Of a DNA stretch of 64,000 bases, positions 49,354-59,835 are shown piece after piece (the stretch's first letter is position 1; the number at the start of each line of letters is the position of its first letter). The stretch lies in IMG/VR virus record IMGVR_UViG_3300035698_018653, positions 32,001-96,000 of that record; one strand, written 5' to 3'. The position numbers were made by a program, and so were the translations under genes. The notes under the pieces were generated by a model that searched no databases, was not told the origin of the DNA, and saw nothing but the letters and a program-made list of their open reading frames with translations. Origin of the DNA: a virus.

Positions 49354-51648
49354 GTGGCTCAAAGACGACAATTTAAATCGATTGAACGCCAGCTTCTTAC
49401 AAATGAAGTATTGCTGGAGAAAGATACATTTCAATTTCTACAGCGCTCTGAAAAATCTGTTTTAAAAAAGTTCGACAAACTTTTTACTCCCTCCTATTTA
49501 AATACACTCCGTAGTAAAACAAAAAGCACAAAAAAAAGTATTGTTGACAGAATAGATGTTTCTGAAATTCATTGCGCTTCTGTAATATATTCTTTTAGTA
49601 TTCCCCATATAGCCAAAGAGTTTTTAAAGGCAGAAGATAAACTTTCTGTAATTGCCTCTATAGATACAGATTTGTTTAGAGAAGATCTGGATAAAGCTTT
49701 TATTGATAATTATAATCTTGGTGGAACAGAGGTATATAAAGAATTTGATATTGGTTTTAATTTTAATCTTGTAGATAAAGATGCCATTGCTTTTGGTGAA
49801 GCATATAATCTTCAAATTTCTAATCAAATAGGAGATCAATTAAGTGGACAGATAAAGGAAAGTGTACTTGAAGGCGTTAAAGAAGGTGAAGGAATACCAA
49901 AGATAAGAAGAAGAATACAAGAGTCATATAATAAAGGGCTTCAAGTAAAAGTTCCCGCTACCGAAATTCCAGCTAAGTTAGATGCTAATGGAAAAGTAAT
50001 TAGAGCTGGTTTTACCAGAAGCGCATATACTTTTGATATTCCCCCAAGTATGTATGCCTCTATGATAGCAAGAAGTGAAACATCACGCTGGTATAATGAA
50101 GGAAGAATTATTGCGTACGAACAAAGCGGAGTAGTTAAGGGTGTTGAATTAGCTACTGCCGGGGATGATCGCGTTTGTGAAGATTGTTCAGAGTATGAAG
50201 GGCAAAGATATTCTTTAGAAGAATCGAGGGGAATAATTCCATTACACGCACTATGTTTTATTGATGGGCAAGCAAAAGTTGAAACTCTTAATGGTAAAAA
50301 GAAAATAATGGATATAAAGGTTGGAGATAAAGTGCTCACTCATAAAGGGAGATATAAAAAGGTATTAAGAGTTTATAATCAATATCAATTAGGTAAAGAT
50401 GACCCTTATGTTAAAATACATTATAATTTTAGTAATTGGAAAGAGAGTAGAAAAAAACCTATATCTGTAACCGAAGAGCACCCATTTTTAGTTTTGAGAA
50501 ACGGCAAGAAACAGTGGGTTCATGCTGGATGTTTAAAAGAGACAGATGAGGTAACTATGCTTGCTAAAAAGTGTAGGGGCTGCGATAAATTAATTCCAGA
50601 GATTGCCAGAAATGAATATTGTACACAATCTTGTGGGAGTAATAAAACAACTAAGGAACAATATAAAGACCCTAATCAAAGGATTTTGAGAAGAGAAAAT
50701 GCAAAGAGGCAAATGAAAAGAGAAGATAGAAAGAATAATTGGAGTAAAGAAAAGAAAGCGGCAGGAACAGCTGCGGCAAGAAAGGTTGTTGAGGGGAAAT
50801 ACGCAAGAGGTGAGATGTGGTGTCAAAACGAGGGGAGATATTTTTTAGGCGAGTATATGAAAAATGAATGGAAAAATAATAAAGAGTATCGAGAGAAAAT
50901 GATGGATTACCTAAAGAATAGAAATCCATCATATACAAAAGAGAGTAGGAAAAAACATAGTAAGTTTATGAAAGAATACTATAAAAAGTATCCAGAAAAA
51001 CACCCCAACAGAAGTTTTTATAAAAATAAATTAAACAAGTTAGAGAAGAAATTTTATGACGCATTAGTTGACAGAGGGTATTTCTGGGCAGAGCATAACT
51101 ATGGAGTTCTTAATTGTCATATTGATTTTGCCTTACCTGATTTAAAAATAGGAATTGAATGTGACGGAAGGTATTGGCATCAGGATAAAAATGGAAAACT
51201 AAAGAAGATCGATATTGATAGGCAGAAAAAAATAGAAAAAGAAGGTTGGACAATTTTAAGGTTTTGGGATGACGAGATAAACGAAGACGTTTCAAAGTGT
51301 ATAGATAAAGTTGAAAGGTTGGCTACAAATCATTCTAATGAATATAAATTTATTAATTGTAAAATAACAAAGATAGAATACCTTAAGATTAAAAAAACAA
51401 AAAAAATATATAACTTAGAAGTTGAAGATGACAATAGCTATATTATAAACGGTATGGTTGTTCATAATTGCAGATGCACTTGGCTTCCAATATTGATTGG
51501 CGAGACAAATCCAAGAACATTTAGGGGTAATAAATTGACAATGCCAAGCAGGGTAAGAACCAAAGCGCAAAAGAATATTAACGATGCAGTTAAGAAAGCA
51601 ACCACAAAAGTTGAAACAAAAACCAAAAAATCCCGCCCGGTTTTATAG
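49354..51648 (+). CDS. MuF / SPP1 gp7-like head morphogenesis protein with intein
   Basis: IARSET, DDRVCEDC, IPLH..CRC split by the intein; follows the portal. Confidence 0.9.
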   Translation: MAQRRQFKSIERQLLTNEVLLEKDTFQFLQRSEKSVLKKFDKLFTPSYLNTLRSKTKSTKKSIVDRIDVSEIHCASVIYSFSIPHIAKEFLKAEDKLSVIASIDTDLFREDLDKAFIDNYNLGGTEVYKEFDIGFNFNLVDKDAIAFGEAYNLQISNQIGDQLSGQIKESVLEGVKEGEGIPKIRRRIQESYNKGLQVKVPATEIPAKLDANGKVIRAGFTRSAYTFDIPPSMYASMIARSETSRWYNEGRIIAYEQSGVVKGVELATAGDDRVCEDCSEYEGQRYSLEESRGIIPLHALCFIDGQAKVETLNGKKKIMDIKVGDKVLTHKGRYKKVLRVYNQYQLGKDDPYVKIHYNFSNWKESRKKPISVTEEHPFLVLRNGKKQWVHAGCLKETDEVTMLAKKCRGCDKLIPEIARNEYCTQSCGSNKTTKEQYKDPNQRILRRENAKRQMKREDRKNNWSKEKKAAGTAAARKVVEGKYARGEMWCQNEGRYFLGEYMKNEWKNNKEYREKMMDYLKNRNPSYTKESRKKHSKFMKEYYKKYPEKHPNRSFYKNKLNKLEKKFYDALVDRGYFWAEHNYGVLNCHIDFALPDLKIGIECDGRYWHQDKNGKLKKIDIDRQKKIEKEGWTILRFWDDEINEDVSKCIDKVERLATNHSNEYKFINCKITKIEYLKIKKTKKIYNLEVEDDNSYIINGMVVHNCRCTWLPILIGETNPRTFRGNKLTMPSRVRTKAQKNINDAVKKATTKVETKTKKSRPVL
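50254..51468 (+). mobile_element. Intein (405 aa) carrying a Zn finger and a Vsr/DUF559-type endonuclease
   Basis: Block A CFIDG, block B VTEEHPF, block F YNLEVED, terminal HN followed by C+1; internal IDFALPDLKIGIECDGRYWH...GWTILRFW. Confidence 0.9.
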
Positions 51649-51954
51649 TATTCCCAGTTAGAGTTTCAAAACTTCTTTAGTCTCTATGATATCATTTTTA
51701 TTTAAAATCAGTGTGTCTATTACTATATTTATCATCGTACTTAAAACAAGGATAAATAAAAAATTTATAAATTTCCAATTAATATACCAAAGGAAGTCGG
51801 ACAGTGTTCTGTTGGACTTCAGAAAAGATATATAGTTGCAATAAATGTTTTTCTTAGAGATGGAAAAGAACAGAAGCAAGCTTCAGAACTTGCGTTTAAA
51901 CAGATTGAAAAATATTATTATAAAAAAGAAAACGATGAAGGAGAAACTAGGTGG

Positions 51955-53283
51955 TTGCCTATTAAAACAAAGGAGCCACTTAAAAAGAGTTATTCAAAAA
52001 TTTCTGAATGTCCGCTTGACGTTCAGGATCTTCCAGACTGGACCATACAAAGAATATGGATTATACAATATAACAACGCAGTAGTTGAAAAAAGTACATA
52101 TGAAAAAGCAAAAGATATTGCCTGGGAGGCGGTTAAGAAATTTGTTTATTATGACACTAATACATGTCAGTGGAAAAGAAAGCAGAAAAGAAATACATTC
52201 GCAATTGAACTTCAGAAAGCATTAAAGAGAAAACTTTTAAAAAATAATATGGTTTTAAGTAAATCCCAAGGAGAAGGAAAAATGAGCGAAGAGACATTAA
52301 ATTTCCATAAGAAGTTTGAATGTTTTGTTCCATTAAAAGAAAATGGCGATGGATTGATTCTTTATAAAGTAAAGAGAGAAAATGAAGAAGGGGAAGATTG
52401 GTTTATCGAGGGGGAAGCCTCAAACAATAAAATAGATAAAGAGAATGACCGTGTAAGTAAAAGCTTCCTTAAAAAGATGGCTAAGAATTCTACAGGGCTT
52501 ACTATTTACGCAGAGCACGAACATGACCTGGAACATGCTTTAGGTGTTATTGTAAAGTCTGATTATGCTGATGGGAGCTTTTCTATTAAAGCAAAATTAG
52601 AACCTGAAGAAAATAATGATCTTGTAAAAAAGATTGTTTCTAAAATTCAAACCGGTATCAATCTTGGATTTAGTGTCTTTGGTGCATTAACTAAGGTTGC
52701 TTTTACTCAAGCAAAAAATAGTGGAGCAGAAATCAGAGAGTTACTTGATGGTATGATAGATGAAATATCAGTAACCTCCAGGCCAGCCGGTAACGTTGCC
52801 TCTATAGGATTATCTCAAAGTGTATCGAAAAGTTTTAATGATATGATAGAGGATATTAAAAAGAGCAATAAAGAACAGGAAGATACAAAGGAATATGAGG
52901 AAGATATAAAAGAAAAAATTGAAAAGGAGATTGATGTGGAAGATTTAACCACTAAACAGTTTATATCCGAGATAAGCAAAAAGCTTGGAAGTATAAAAGA
53001 AGATGCTTCATATGATTTGTTTATGTCTGCTCTTTCTGCTACGTTCTGGAGCTTTAGGAAATTATTTAGAAATATCATGCGAGATGAGAAAATTGGTGTT
53101 GCCGACAAAAAGAAAAAAATTAATATTTTAAAAAATGAATATGTAAGTTTATTTCAAAGTCAAATAAAAATTTTATTTTCTAACTTACTTAAACCAGGTC
53201 AGTCTACCATAGATGTATCTAATGTTATTTTTGGTATGTCAAAAAAAGATAAAAAGGATGATACTTTTGAAGAGGAGAAATAG
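51955..53283 (+). CDS. HK97-type prohead protease with N-terminal ChaB-like domain
   Basis: LP...QRIW...YN......A..IAWEAVKK (ChaB-like); EGEAS...DKEND, EH, GFSVFG, EISVTSRPA (protease); internal RBS and ATG at 52282. Confidence 0.8.
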   Translation: MPIKTKEPLKKSYSKISECPLDVQDLPDWTIQRIWIIQYNNAVVEKSTYEKAKDIAWEAVKKFVYYDTNTCQWKRKQKRNTFAIELQKALKRKLLKNNMVLSKSQGEGKMSEETLNFHKKFECFVPLKENGDGLILYKVKRENEEGEDWFIEGEASNNKIDKENDRVSKSFLKKMAKNSTGLTIYAEHEHDLEHALGVIVKSDYADGSFSIKAKLEPEENNDLVKKIVSKIQTGINLGFSVFGALTKVAFTQAKNSGAEIRELLDGMIDEISVTSRPAGNVASIGLSQSVSKSFNDMIEDIKKSNKEQEDTKEYEEDIKEKIEKEIDVEDLTTKQFISEISKKLGSIKEDASYDLFMSALSATFWSFRKLFRNIMRDEKIGVADKKKKINILKNEYVSLFQSQIKILFSNLLKPGQSTIDVSNVIFGMSKKDKKDDTFEEEK

Positions 53284-54219
53284 TTGCCGCTCAATACAGA
53301 ACATTCTTGCGTGGTCAATACCTCTGTTAAAAGTAAGTTAAGGAGATTAGGTAAAAAAGATTTAGTAACTGGAAAAACATTTTACATATTATATGGAAAA
53401 GATAGCAAAGGAAAAGTACTAACCAGATCATATAGGTATAAAAAAGATGAATGGACAAACGCAGAAGCGAAAAATCATTGCAAGTCCCACAAGGGAAAAT
53501 TTGAACCTGCTAGAAAAAACGCAAAGTCACTATCAAGAGGAGGTGAACTATCAATGAGCGACAAAAAGAAAAAAGAAGATGAGAAGAAAGACGAACAGGA
53601 ATTTGACCTGAGCGATTTCTCCAAAAATCTTGCTGAGGATATTGTAGGTGCTTTAAGCAAGAGTGCTCCTGAGGATGAAGATGAGGAAGAGAAGAAAGAT
53701 GATGAAAAAGTTGAGGATAAAGAAGAGAAAGAAGACGCTTCTGATTCCGATGCCGATGATGATGCCGATGAGGATGAGAAGGACGAAGACGAGAAACCTG
53801 ACGGTGAAGTTTCCAAACGACTTGATGGTGTTGAGAAATCTTTGCTTTCTATAGTTAAGACTTTTCAGAAGAAAGAAAAAGCTGAGAATGACAAGCTGGC
53901 GAAAGAAAAGCTTATTTCTACCACTGAGCAGATGCTGAAAGACAAGTTAAAGGAGTTGGGTATCACTCCCGAGACTGTAGCGAAGCGGAAAGGCCAGGTG
54001 GATGACAAAGACAATCCTGATGACGATACTGATGAGGAAGGCGATGATCCTATGGCCATTCTTAAACGGTACGACATTGGCAAGATGAAAATGAGGAAAT
54101 GGAATACTTTGAGCGATGACGACAAGCGTGACCTGTCGAACGCTACCTGGAGAAAGCATATGGGTATCGGTTCCCGTGATGAGTTACTGAAACAGATTGC
54201 TGCACTTGACGAAGAATAA
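53284..54219 (+). CDS. Capsid scaffolding protein with N-terminal extra domain
   Basis: Highly acidic and coiled, between protease and capsid genes; GAGGAGGTG RBS and in-frame ATG at 53554. Confidence 0.65.
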   Translation: MPLNTEHSCVVNTSVKSKLRRLGKKDLVTGKTFYILYGKDSKGKVLTRSYRYKKDEWTNAEAKNHCKSHKGKFEPARKNAKSLSRGGELSMSDKKKKEDEKKDEQEFDLSDFSKNLAEDIVGALSKSAPEDEDEEEKKDDEKVEDKEEKEDASDSDADDDADEDEKDEDEKPDGEVSKRLDGVEKSLLSIVKTFQKKEKAENDKLAKEKLISTTEQMLKDKLKELGITPETVAKRKGQVDDKDNPDDDTDEEGDDPMAILKRYDIGKMKMRKWNTLSDDDKRDLSNATWRKHMGIGSRDELLKQIAALDEE

Positions 54220-54311
54220 ATCAGTTTAAAAAAAGGAATACTTAGTGGGTTTATTTTGTTTTTACTTTAGTATAAAAAAAAGATTCCAATTATAAGGAGG
54301 TGGAAAATTAT

Positions 54312-55295
54312 ATGAGCAAAGTATCTTTGAAAAATATTCTGGCAGAACTTTCTAAACAGCAAACTACTGCTAGTGGTCTAGGTGGCGATTTCTTACCCCT
54401 GCCGATTGCTAACAGGTTTATTGACTTTGTCAATGACGCTAATTATTGTAGACAGTTGTTTAAGGTTCTGACTATGACCTCTAAGACTCTAGACATGCCC
54501 AAGATTCTCTCACGGGCCTCTGTTTATTATGAGCCTACTGAAACTACCGCTGCGGTACGTACCACTTTCTCTACCGGTAATATCCGCTTCACCGCTAAGA
54601 AATTGTTCTCGAAGCTTGAGGCCAGTTCCGAAGTGTTGGAAGATGCGGCTTTTGATATGGAGCAGATAATTCGGGACCAGGCTGCCGAAGCTACGGGTCA
54701 GGCCGAAGAAGAGGCAATGATGGTCGGTAACACGGCTGCCACTGCCAACGCTACGACTCCGAACAATGCTACTGCTACTAACTGGTACCAGAAGGACCAT
54801 CGACTCATCTTTGATGGGTTGTTTACTATCGGTGGAGCTTCCGGCGCTGCTACGTCTGTAAATGCTGGTGGAGTGGTTGCTTCGTCTTCCATTCTACGTC
54901 AGGTGATGTATAACCTTGGCAAATATGGCCGGGTAATGTCCAGGCTGGTTGCTTTCTTGAACCCCTGGAGCGCTAACCAGATGCTTGACGATGACAAGGT
55001 TGTAACCATGGATAAGGCTGGAAACCGTGCCACTATCTTTACCGGCGCTTTATTCCTGCTCTATGGTAAGATCAACGTTATCGATGAAGTTTATGCCCCT
55101 GATGGTCAGGGTTGCATGACCCCCAAGAATAACCCCATCATAGCTGACCGGAGAAAGATTCGGGTAGAGCGTGAGAAGGAAATTCAGCAGGACATGTGGC
55201 GTTGGGTTGTTAGTGAACGCATCGACTTTAAAGTTGAGCATAATGACGCAGTCGCCTTGGTGACTAACCTTGACCTTCCTGACGCTGCAAGTTAA
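54312..55295 (+). CDS. Major capsid protein (HK97 fold)
   Basis: AAGGAGGTG RBS favours ATG 54312; GGDFLP, SSEVLED, EEEAMMVG, ERIDF...AV; followed by a terminator. Confidence 0.92.
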   Translation: MSKVSLKNILAELSKQQTTASGLGGDFLPLPIANRFIDFVNDANYCRQLFKVLTMTSKTLDMPKILSRASVYYEPTETTAAVRTTFSTGNIRFTAKKLFSKLEASSEVLEDAAFDMEQIIRDQAAEATGQAEEEAMMVGNTAATANATTPNNATATNWYQKDHRLIFDGLFTIGGASGAATSVNAGGVVASSSILRQVMYNLGKYGRVMSRLVAFLNPWSANQMLDDDKVVTMDKAGNRATIFTGALFLLYGKINVIDEVYAPDGQGCMTPKNNPIIADRRKIRVEREKEIQQDMWRWVVSERIDFKVEHNDAVALVTNLDLPDAAS

Positions 55296-55311
55296 GATTT
55301 TGTTCTTAACC

Positions 55312-55348
55312 AAAAGGGGGCAGGGCTTTAACTGTCCTGCTCCCTTTT
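55312..55348 (+). terminator. Intrinsic terminator after the capsid gene
   Basis: AAAAGGGGGCAGGGC/GTCCTGCTCCCTTTT stem. Confidence 0.85.
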
Positions 55349-55369
55349 AATATTTAAAGGGAAAATAAA

Positions 55370-57646
55370 ATGAGTCTAAAAGATAGCGAAATAAAAAACT
55401 TTCAAGATGGAAGCACGAGTGTTAAAGACGGTGACATAAAGAACACTAGTGATTACCCAGTTGATCCTATTACAGCTGACCTGAACGTCCCAGACACCCT
55501 TGAGCAGTCATTTGGAAAGCAGTTCAGTAAGATTCCCTACGTTAAAAGAAAAAAGATGCTTGCAGACAAAAGGAATTTATATGCTCCTACCCAGGGAGTA
55601 ATGATTAGACAAGATGAAACCAACTTATATTTAGCGATTGATAAGAAATTTCTCAAGAACCTACAGCCGAGAGATATTGCCGCTTACGTATCTATTGCCG
55701 CTTCAGGATTCTTTACAAATAGTTTTAGCGATATATCGAAGTATAAAGTAAATAACAGAGATGGTTGTGCAATATTCATGAAAAATGTAGTTCACTATAG
55801 TGGTGGCAGATATTGCGCTTTACTCTGGGCACACATAATGGCTTCGCTCATGAAGGTGACAATCTTTACAAATATGAAGCCACCTTTTATAAAAGATTTT
55901 GAGCATATGCCATTTAAAGAAAATATACAGTGGGCTGTTGACGGAAGACTTGGAATGCATCTAAAGAAAAATGATTTTAAATTTACTTTAGGGATTCCTA
56001 ATGATGTAGGACAAGCGGCAATTACTTATTCTGAGAAATGGAATATACCTTGCTATATGACAATATTTGAATCACCCAATTTTGTAAGAGAGTATCGCAG
56101 AGGAATAGATTCAGAGGAAAAGTTTTGGGTTGAGTATAAAAAATGTATGAAAAAAGCAGATGGTATTATAGGAATATCCAATATAAGTGGAAGTAAGGCA
56201 AAAGAATGGATAGAGGCCGATGGAGTAAAGTGTCCGCCTGTTGAAATTATATATCCACCACTTAATCAGCCTATCGCAGATATGGTTGTAGATAAAGATA
56301 TTCACGAAGCAAATGAGATTTGTTATATAAGTAGAATGACCGGATATAAAAACCCTCTTTTAATGATAAAGGATATATGCAAACTAAGACAACCGCCTGA
56401 CGTAATTAATCTAATAGGGCGTGCAGCCGGAGGTACGGTCAATGAAATAAATAAAATGAATAAGCAATACAAGGGTAGAGTAAAGATAAAAATATATGAA
56501 GCGGTAAGCGATATAGAAAAATTTATTATCCTTAAGAGAAGTAAGTTGATTGTATTTCCTTCGACATTTGAGGGCTTTGGAATGTCGCCAATGGAAGGAT
56601 TTTATATGAGTAAGCCGGTTATCGCTTATGACCTGCCAGTACTTAGAGAGGTATATGGTAATCATATAAATTATGTTCCGGTAAACGATTCTAAAAAATT
56701 AGCGAAAGAAGTTGAAAAACTTTTGGAAGATAAAAAAGAGAGAGAGAGATTGGGCGAAGCAGGAAGAGCTCACGTAATAAGATGGTGTTTATATGATATG
56801 TGTCGTGACAGAATAAAGGAAGTATTTCCTATATCTAAAAAGCTTTCCTTATCTGTTGGCACTATCGTACTTAATGGCGCTGAGTGGATTAAACTAGGAT
56901 TGAAAACTATCTATCCAAAAGCAAAAGAAATCATAATTGTTGAGGGCGCTGTTGAGGACTACGCAAAGAATAATCCAGATATGGTAAAAGACGGATGTCA
57001 TTCTATAGATAATACTGTTGAGATAATTAAGAATTTTCCTGACCCTGAAAATAAGATAAAGTTTTTTGCTTGTAACGGAAGTCCTTGGCAGAACAAACAA
57101 GAGATGCAGAATAAGATAGCAGAAAATATAACTGGTGACATATTCCTCAAGCAAGATAGTGACGAATGTTATCTACATAAAGATGTTGATAGAATTGTAA
57201 ATGAATTCGAAAGTGACCCTGACCTTTTTATATTTAGGTATAAGTTCAATCACTTCTGGCATAGCTTTAAACAAATAGCGATAGGCGGACAATGGGAAAG
57301 CAAGATGGTCAGGTGTTGGAGATGGAGAGATGACTTCAGATATCAGGGTAGAAGTTTTAATGTTATGGTAGATAAGGAAGGCAAGTCAGTTGATAGGCCA
57401 AATTATAAAGTAAAAGAAGTTGACGATAGACTTGTATTTCATATGTCATATGTAAGCAAGAAACCAGAAATGATTCGTGCAAAATTAAATTACTATAAAA
57501 ATAGAGGAATAGAAACAAACGTAAAAGATACTTACACCGGATGGAAGCGGGGCAATCCCACACAGCCCACGGCCGGAGGTGGTACCGTTAAGGCTTTTGC
57601 CGGAGAGATGCCGAAACTTTTAACAAGGATAGCTGATGAATACTAA
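55370..57646 (+). CDS. Bifunctional glycosyltransferase (GT4 + GT2 fusion)
   Basis: FPSTFEGFGMSPMEG...PVIAYD (GT4); SVGTIVLN, IVEGA, QDSDE (GT-A). Confidence 0.88.
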   Translation: MSLKDSEIKNFQDGSTSVKDGDIKNTSDYPVDPITADLNVPDTLEQSFGKQFSKIPYVKRKKMLADKRNLYAPTQGVMIRQDETNLYLAIDKKFLKNLQPRDIAAYVSIAASGFFTNSFSDISKYKVNNRDGCAIFMKNVVHYSGGRYCALLWAHIMASLMKVTIFTNMKPPFIKDFEHMPFKENIQWAVDGRLGMHLKKNDFKFTLGIPNDVGQAAITYSEKWNIPCYMTIFESPNFVREYRRGIDSEEKFWVEYKKCMKKADGIIGISNISGSKAKEWIEADGVKCPPVEIIYPPLNQPIADMVVDKDIHEANEICYISRMTGYKNPLLMIKDICKLRQPPDVINLIGRAAGGTVNEINKMNKQYKGRVKIKIYEAVSDIEKFIILKRSKLIVFPSTFEGFGMSPMEGFYMSKPVIAYDLPVLREVYGNHINYVPVNDSKKLAKEVEKLLEDKKERERLGEAGRAHVIRWCLYDMCRDRIKEVFPISKKLSLSVGTIVLNGAEWIKLGLKTIYPKAKEIIIVEGAVEDYAKNNPDMVKDGCHSIDNTVEIIKNFPDPENKIKFFACNGSPWQNKQEMQNKIAENITGDIFLKQDSDECYLHKDVDRIVNEFESDPDLFIFRYKFNHFWHSFKQIAIGGQWESKMVRCWRWRDDFRYQGRSFNVMVDKEGKSVDRPNYKVKEVDDRLVFHMSYVSKKPEMIRAKLNYYKNRGIETNVKDTYTGWKRGNPTQPTAGGGTVKAFAGEMPKLLTRIADEY

Positions 57647-58720
57647 AAGCACTAATGGGAGATGTATATTTCTTTATGACTTACATAACCCTGCTTCAAG
57701 GTGCTCTAATTTACATAAAAGAAAAAGTGTGTTTTGCGACATTCATGAAAAGAAAGCAAGAGAAGATAAAGTGGCCGTATTGGTTGTTCCAGAGATATTT
57801 AATTTGGTGCCGGATGATTACCCTCATCCAACCATTATGATAAGTCTTAAAAATAAGGAGAAAGAAGATGCCTAGCTCTATAAGTGGAATAAATCCAAAT
57901 CATATTGGAAATGCCGATAAGATTTTATGTGCTTATGATTTGAATACTACCGTTATTAGCAGAAATATAAATAGTGATATAATCGCTATTGACTATCAAG
58001 CTGCTTCTGCTAGTGGCGTGTATAAATTAAGAGAAACAATCACTTATGATAGTGACGGTGAATTTTATAGTTCAATTTTTGAATATATGTTAATAGCGTC
58101 TTTAGATTAGGGGAATAAAAATGAATTGTGAAAATATTAAAAATTCAATGGCAATACATTTAAAAGGAAAACATAGACACCCAGATTTTGAGTATGATTT
58201 TCCTGCTGGTAGTTTTGATTATCCCACTTCTGCCCCTTTCGATCAGCCAGCCCCCCTCGATACCGATACTGGTGGCAATGGTCAGATTAAAAGACAGTTG
58301 ATGGATGACACTACAGAGGAATTTGTAATGAGGCAGTTTAAGCTTCATTCTCAATTTACCGAAAGACAAAGTCAAACTGTAATGTTTGCAGTGGTAGGTT
58401 ATTCTGTTACTGCTGCTGGTGGAAGTAATGTAAGATTTAATTTCAGGCATAGCGCAAGAAATAATGTAAGAGGATTAGACGAAAGAAATTGGGACTTTCC
58501 TTTTGCTTCAGTTGAATCTCCTGATTTTGAATGCAGTAGTGATCAGGATTATTTGGATTATTTTTTCTGGACTGAAACGGTTGAGAATCTTGAATGGGTT
58601 GCGAGAGATGACATAAGAATTATGTTAAGTAGAATAGCAACAGACGATAGTGGAAATTTAACTGGAGATTATGGGCTTGTTGATTTTAAAATTATTGTTC
58701 CGCTTCAAAGGATGAATTAA
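57636..58720 (+). other. Three hypothetical CDS (57636, 57868, 58121), possibly virion-associated
   Basis: Located between capsid and neck genes; 58121 is beta-rich. Confidence 0.45.
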
Positions 58721-58722
58721 TT

Positions 58723-59418
58723 ATGGGTTGTTTATTCGAAACAGCTAGTGCAGAATATCTTAAAAGAAATTCTGCAACTTTTAATGACGCACAAGGAATG
58801 ATGTGTGCTTGGATATATTTAAATTCAGTTGGCACTTTTATGATAATGTCAAGTAGTGATGAACTTGTCAATGATACATTTGTTAATTTTTTTGTTACTG
58901 CAAGTATTTTAAGAATTGGTCAAAGAAACGCTGACATTCTTGATTATTTAAGAGCAACAACTGTATTTATAATTAATAGATGGTATCATGTAGCTATTGT
59001 TTCAGATGGAACAACTTATTATTTTTATATAAATGGAAATCTTGAAACTCCCGTAATTCTTGGTGGAGCTAATACTGGTGATTGGTTTGCAGATACTGCA
59101 GGCAGAGATAATTTTATAATAGGAGCAAATGAACATAGTGGTGGTTTATTAAATTCTTTTGATGGAATTATATTTGACGCAAGAGTTTATAATAATTCAA
59201 ATAATCATGCAAATAGAATAAAATATATTTGTGAACATAGGGGTTGTGATAATGATACTGATGGGCTTATTGGAAGATGGAAACTTGATGAAAGACCTGA
59301 AGGAACAGTGGTTGATATTGATTCTGTAAGAGATATTTCAGGACAAGATTTTCATATGAATGGGGTAATAGGTGGAACACCTGAATATAGAGCAGTACCA
59401 ATGAAAATTATAAAGTAA
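58723..59418 (+). CDS. LamG / concanavalin A-like lectin domain protein
   Basis: AWIY, WYHVAIV, FYING, IGA, FDGIIFDARVYN, LIGRWKLDE. Confidence 0.85.
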   Translation: MGCLFETASAEYLKRNSATFNDAQGMMCAWIYLNSVGTFMIMSSSDELVNDTFVNFFVTASILRIGQRNADILDYLRATTVFIINRWYHVAIVSDGTTYYFYINGNLETPVILGGANTGDWFADTAGRDNFIIGANEHSGGLLNSFDGIIFDARVYNNSNNHANRIKYICEHRGCDNDTDGLIGRWKLDERPEGTVVDIDSVRDISGQDFHMNGVIGGTPEYRAVPMKIIK

Positions 59419-59430
59419 GGAGAAAGTAAA

Positions 59431-59835
59431 ATGGGAATTACAATTAATAAAACTACTTTTAATGTAAATAGAAGTGGAGATACTGCAAAGGCATTAAGAG
59501 ATTCAAATATGCTTGTAGTTGAAGGAATAATTAATGGAGAAAGAAAAGTAAATTTTAAACTTCCCTCTTGTACTAAAAAGTATTGGAAACTAAATGGAGC
59601 AAGAAGCAAAGTTATTGAAATGAATGCAGATGAAAAACAAGTAGTGGATAATACTGAAGCTCAAGCAATAGAGGACACCAAAGACATTACTATTTCTTTA
59701 GATAAATTAACTAAGGCACTTGCGCTTATTATTCTAACAGAAATAAATATCTTAAGGGTCAAAGCTGGATTAACAGAAAGAACAGTTACTCAATTAAAAA
59801 ATGCAGTTAAAACAAAATATAACTCATTATCATGA
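59431..59835 (+). CDS. Hypothetical virion-associated protein
   Basis: RBS; KYWK...VIEM..EK..VD and EINILR motifs; follows the LamG gene. Confidence 0.5.
   Translation: MGITINKTTFNVNRSGDTAKALRDSNMLVVEGIINGERKVNFKLPSCTKKYWKLNGARSKVIEMNADEKQVVDNTEAQAIEDTKDITISLDKLTKALALIILTEINILRVKAGLTERTVTQLKNAVKTKYNSLS

Noticed and set aside
51793-51820. Hairpin GAAGTCGGACAG/CTGTTGGACTTC in the MuF-protease gap
   Set aside because: A single imperfect hairpin without a T tract or a second copy; not enough to assign a function
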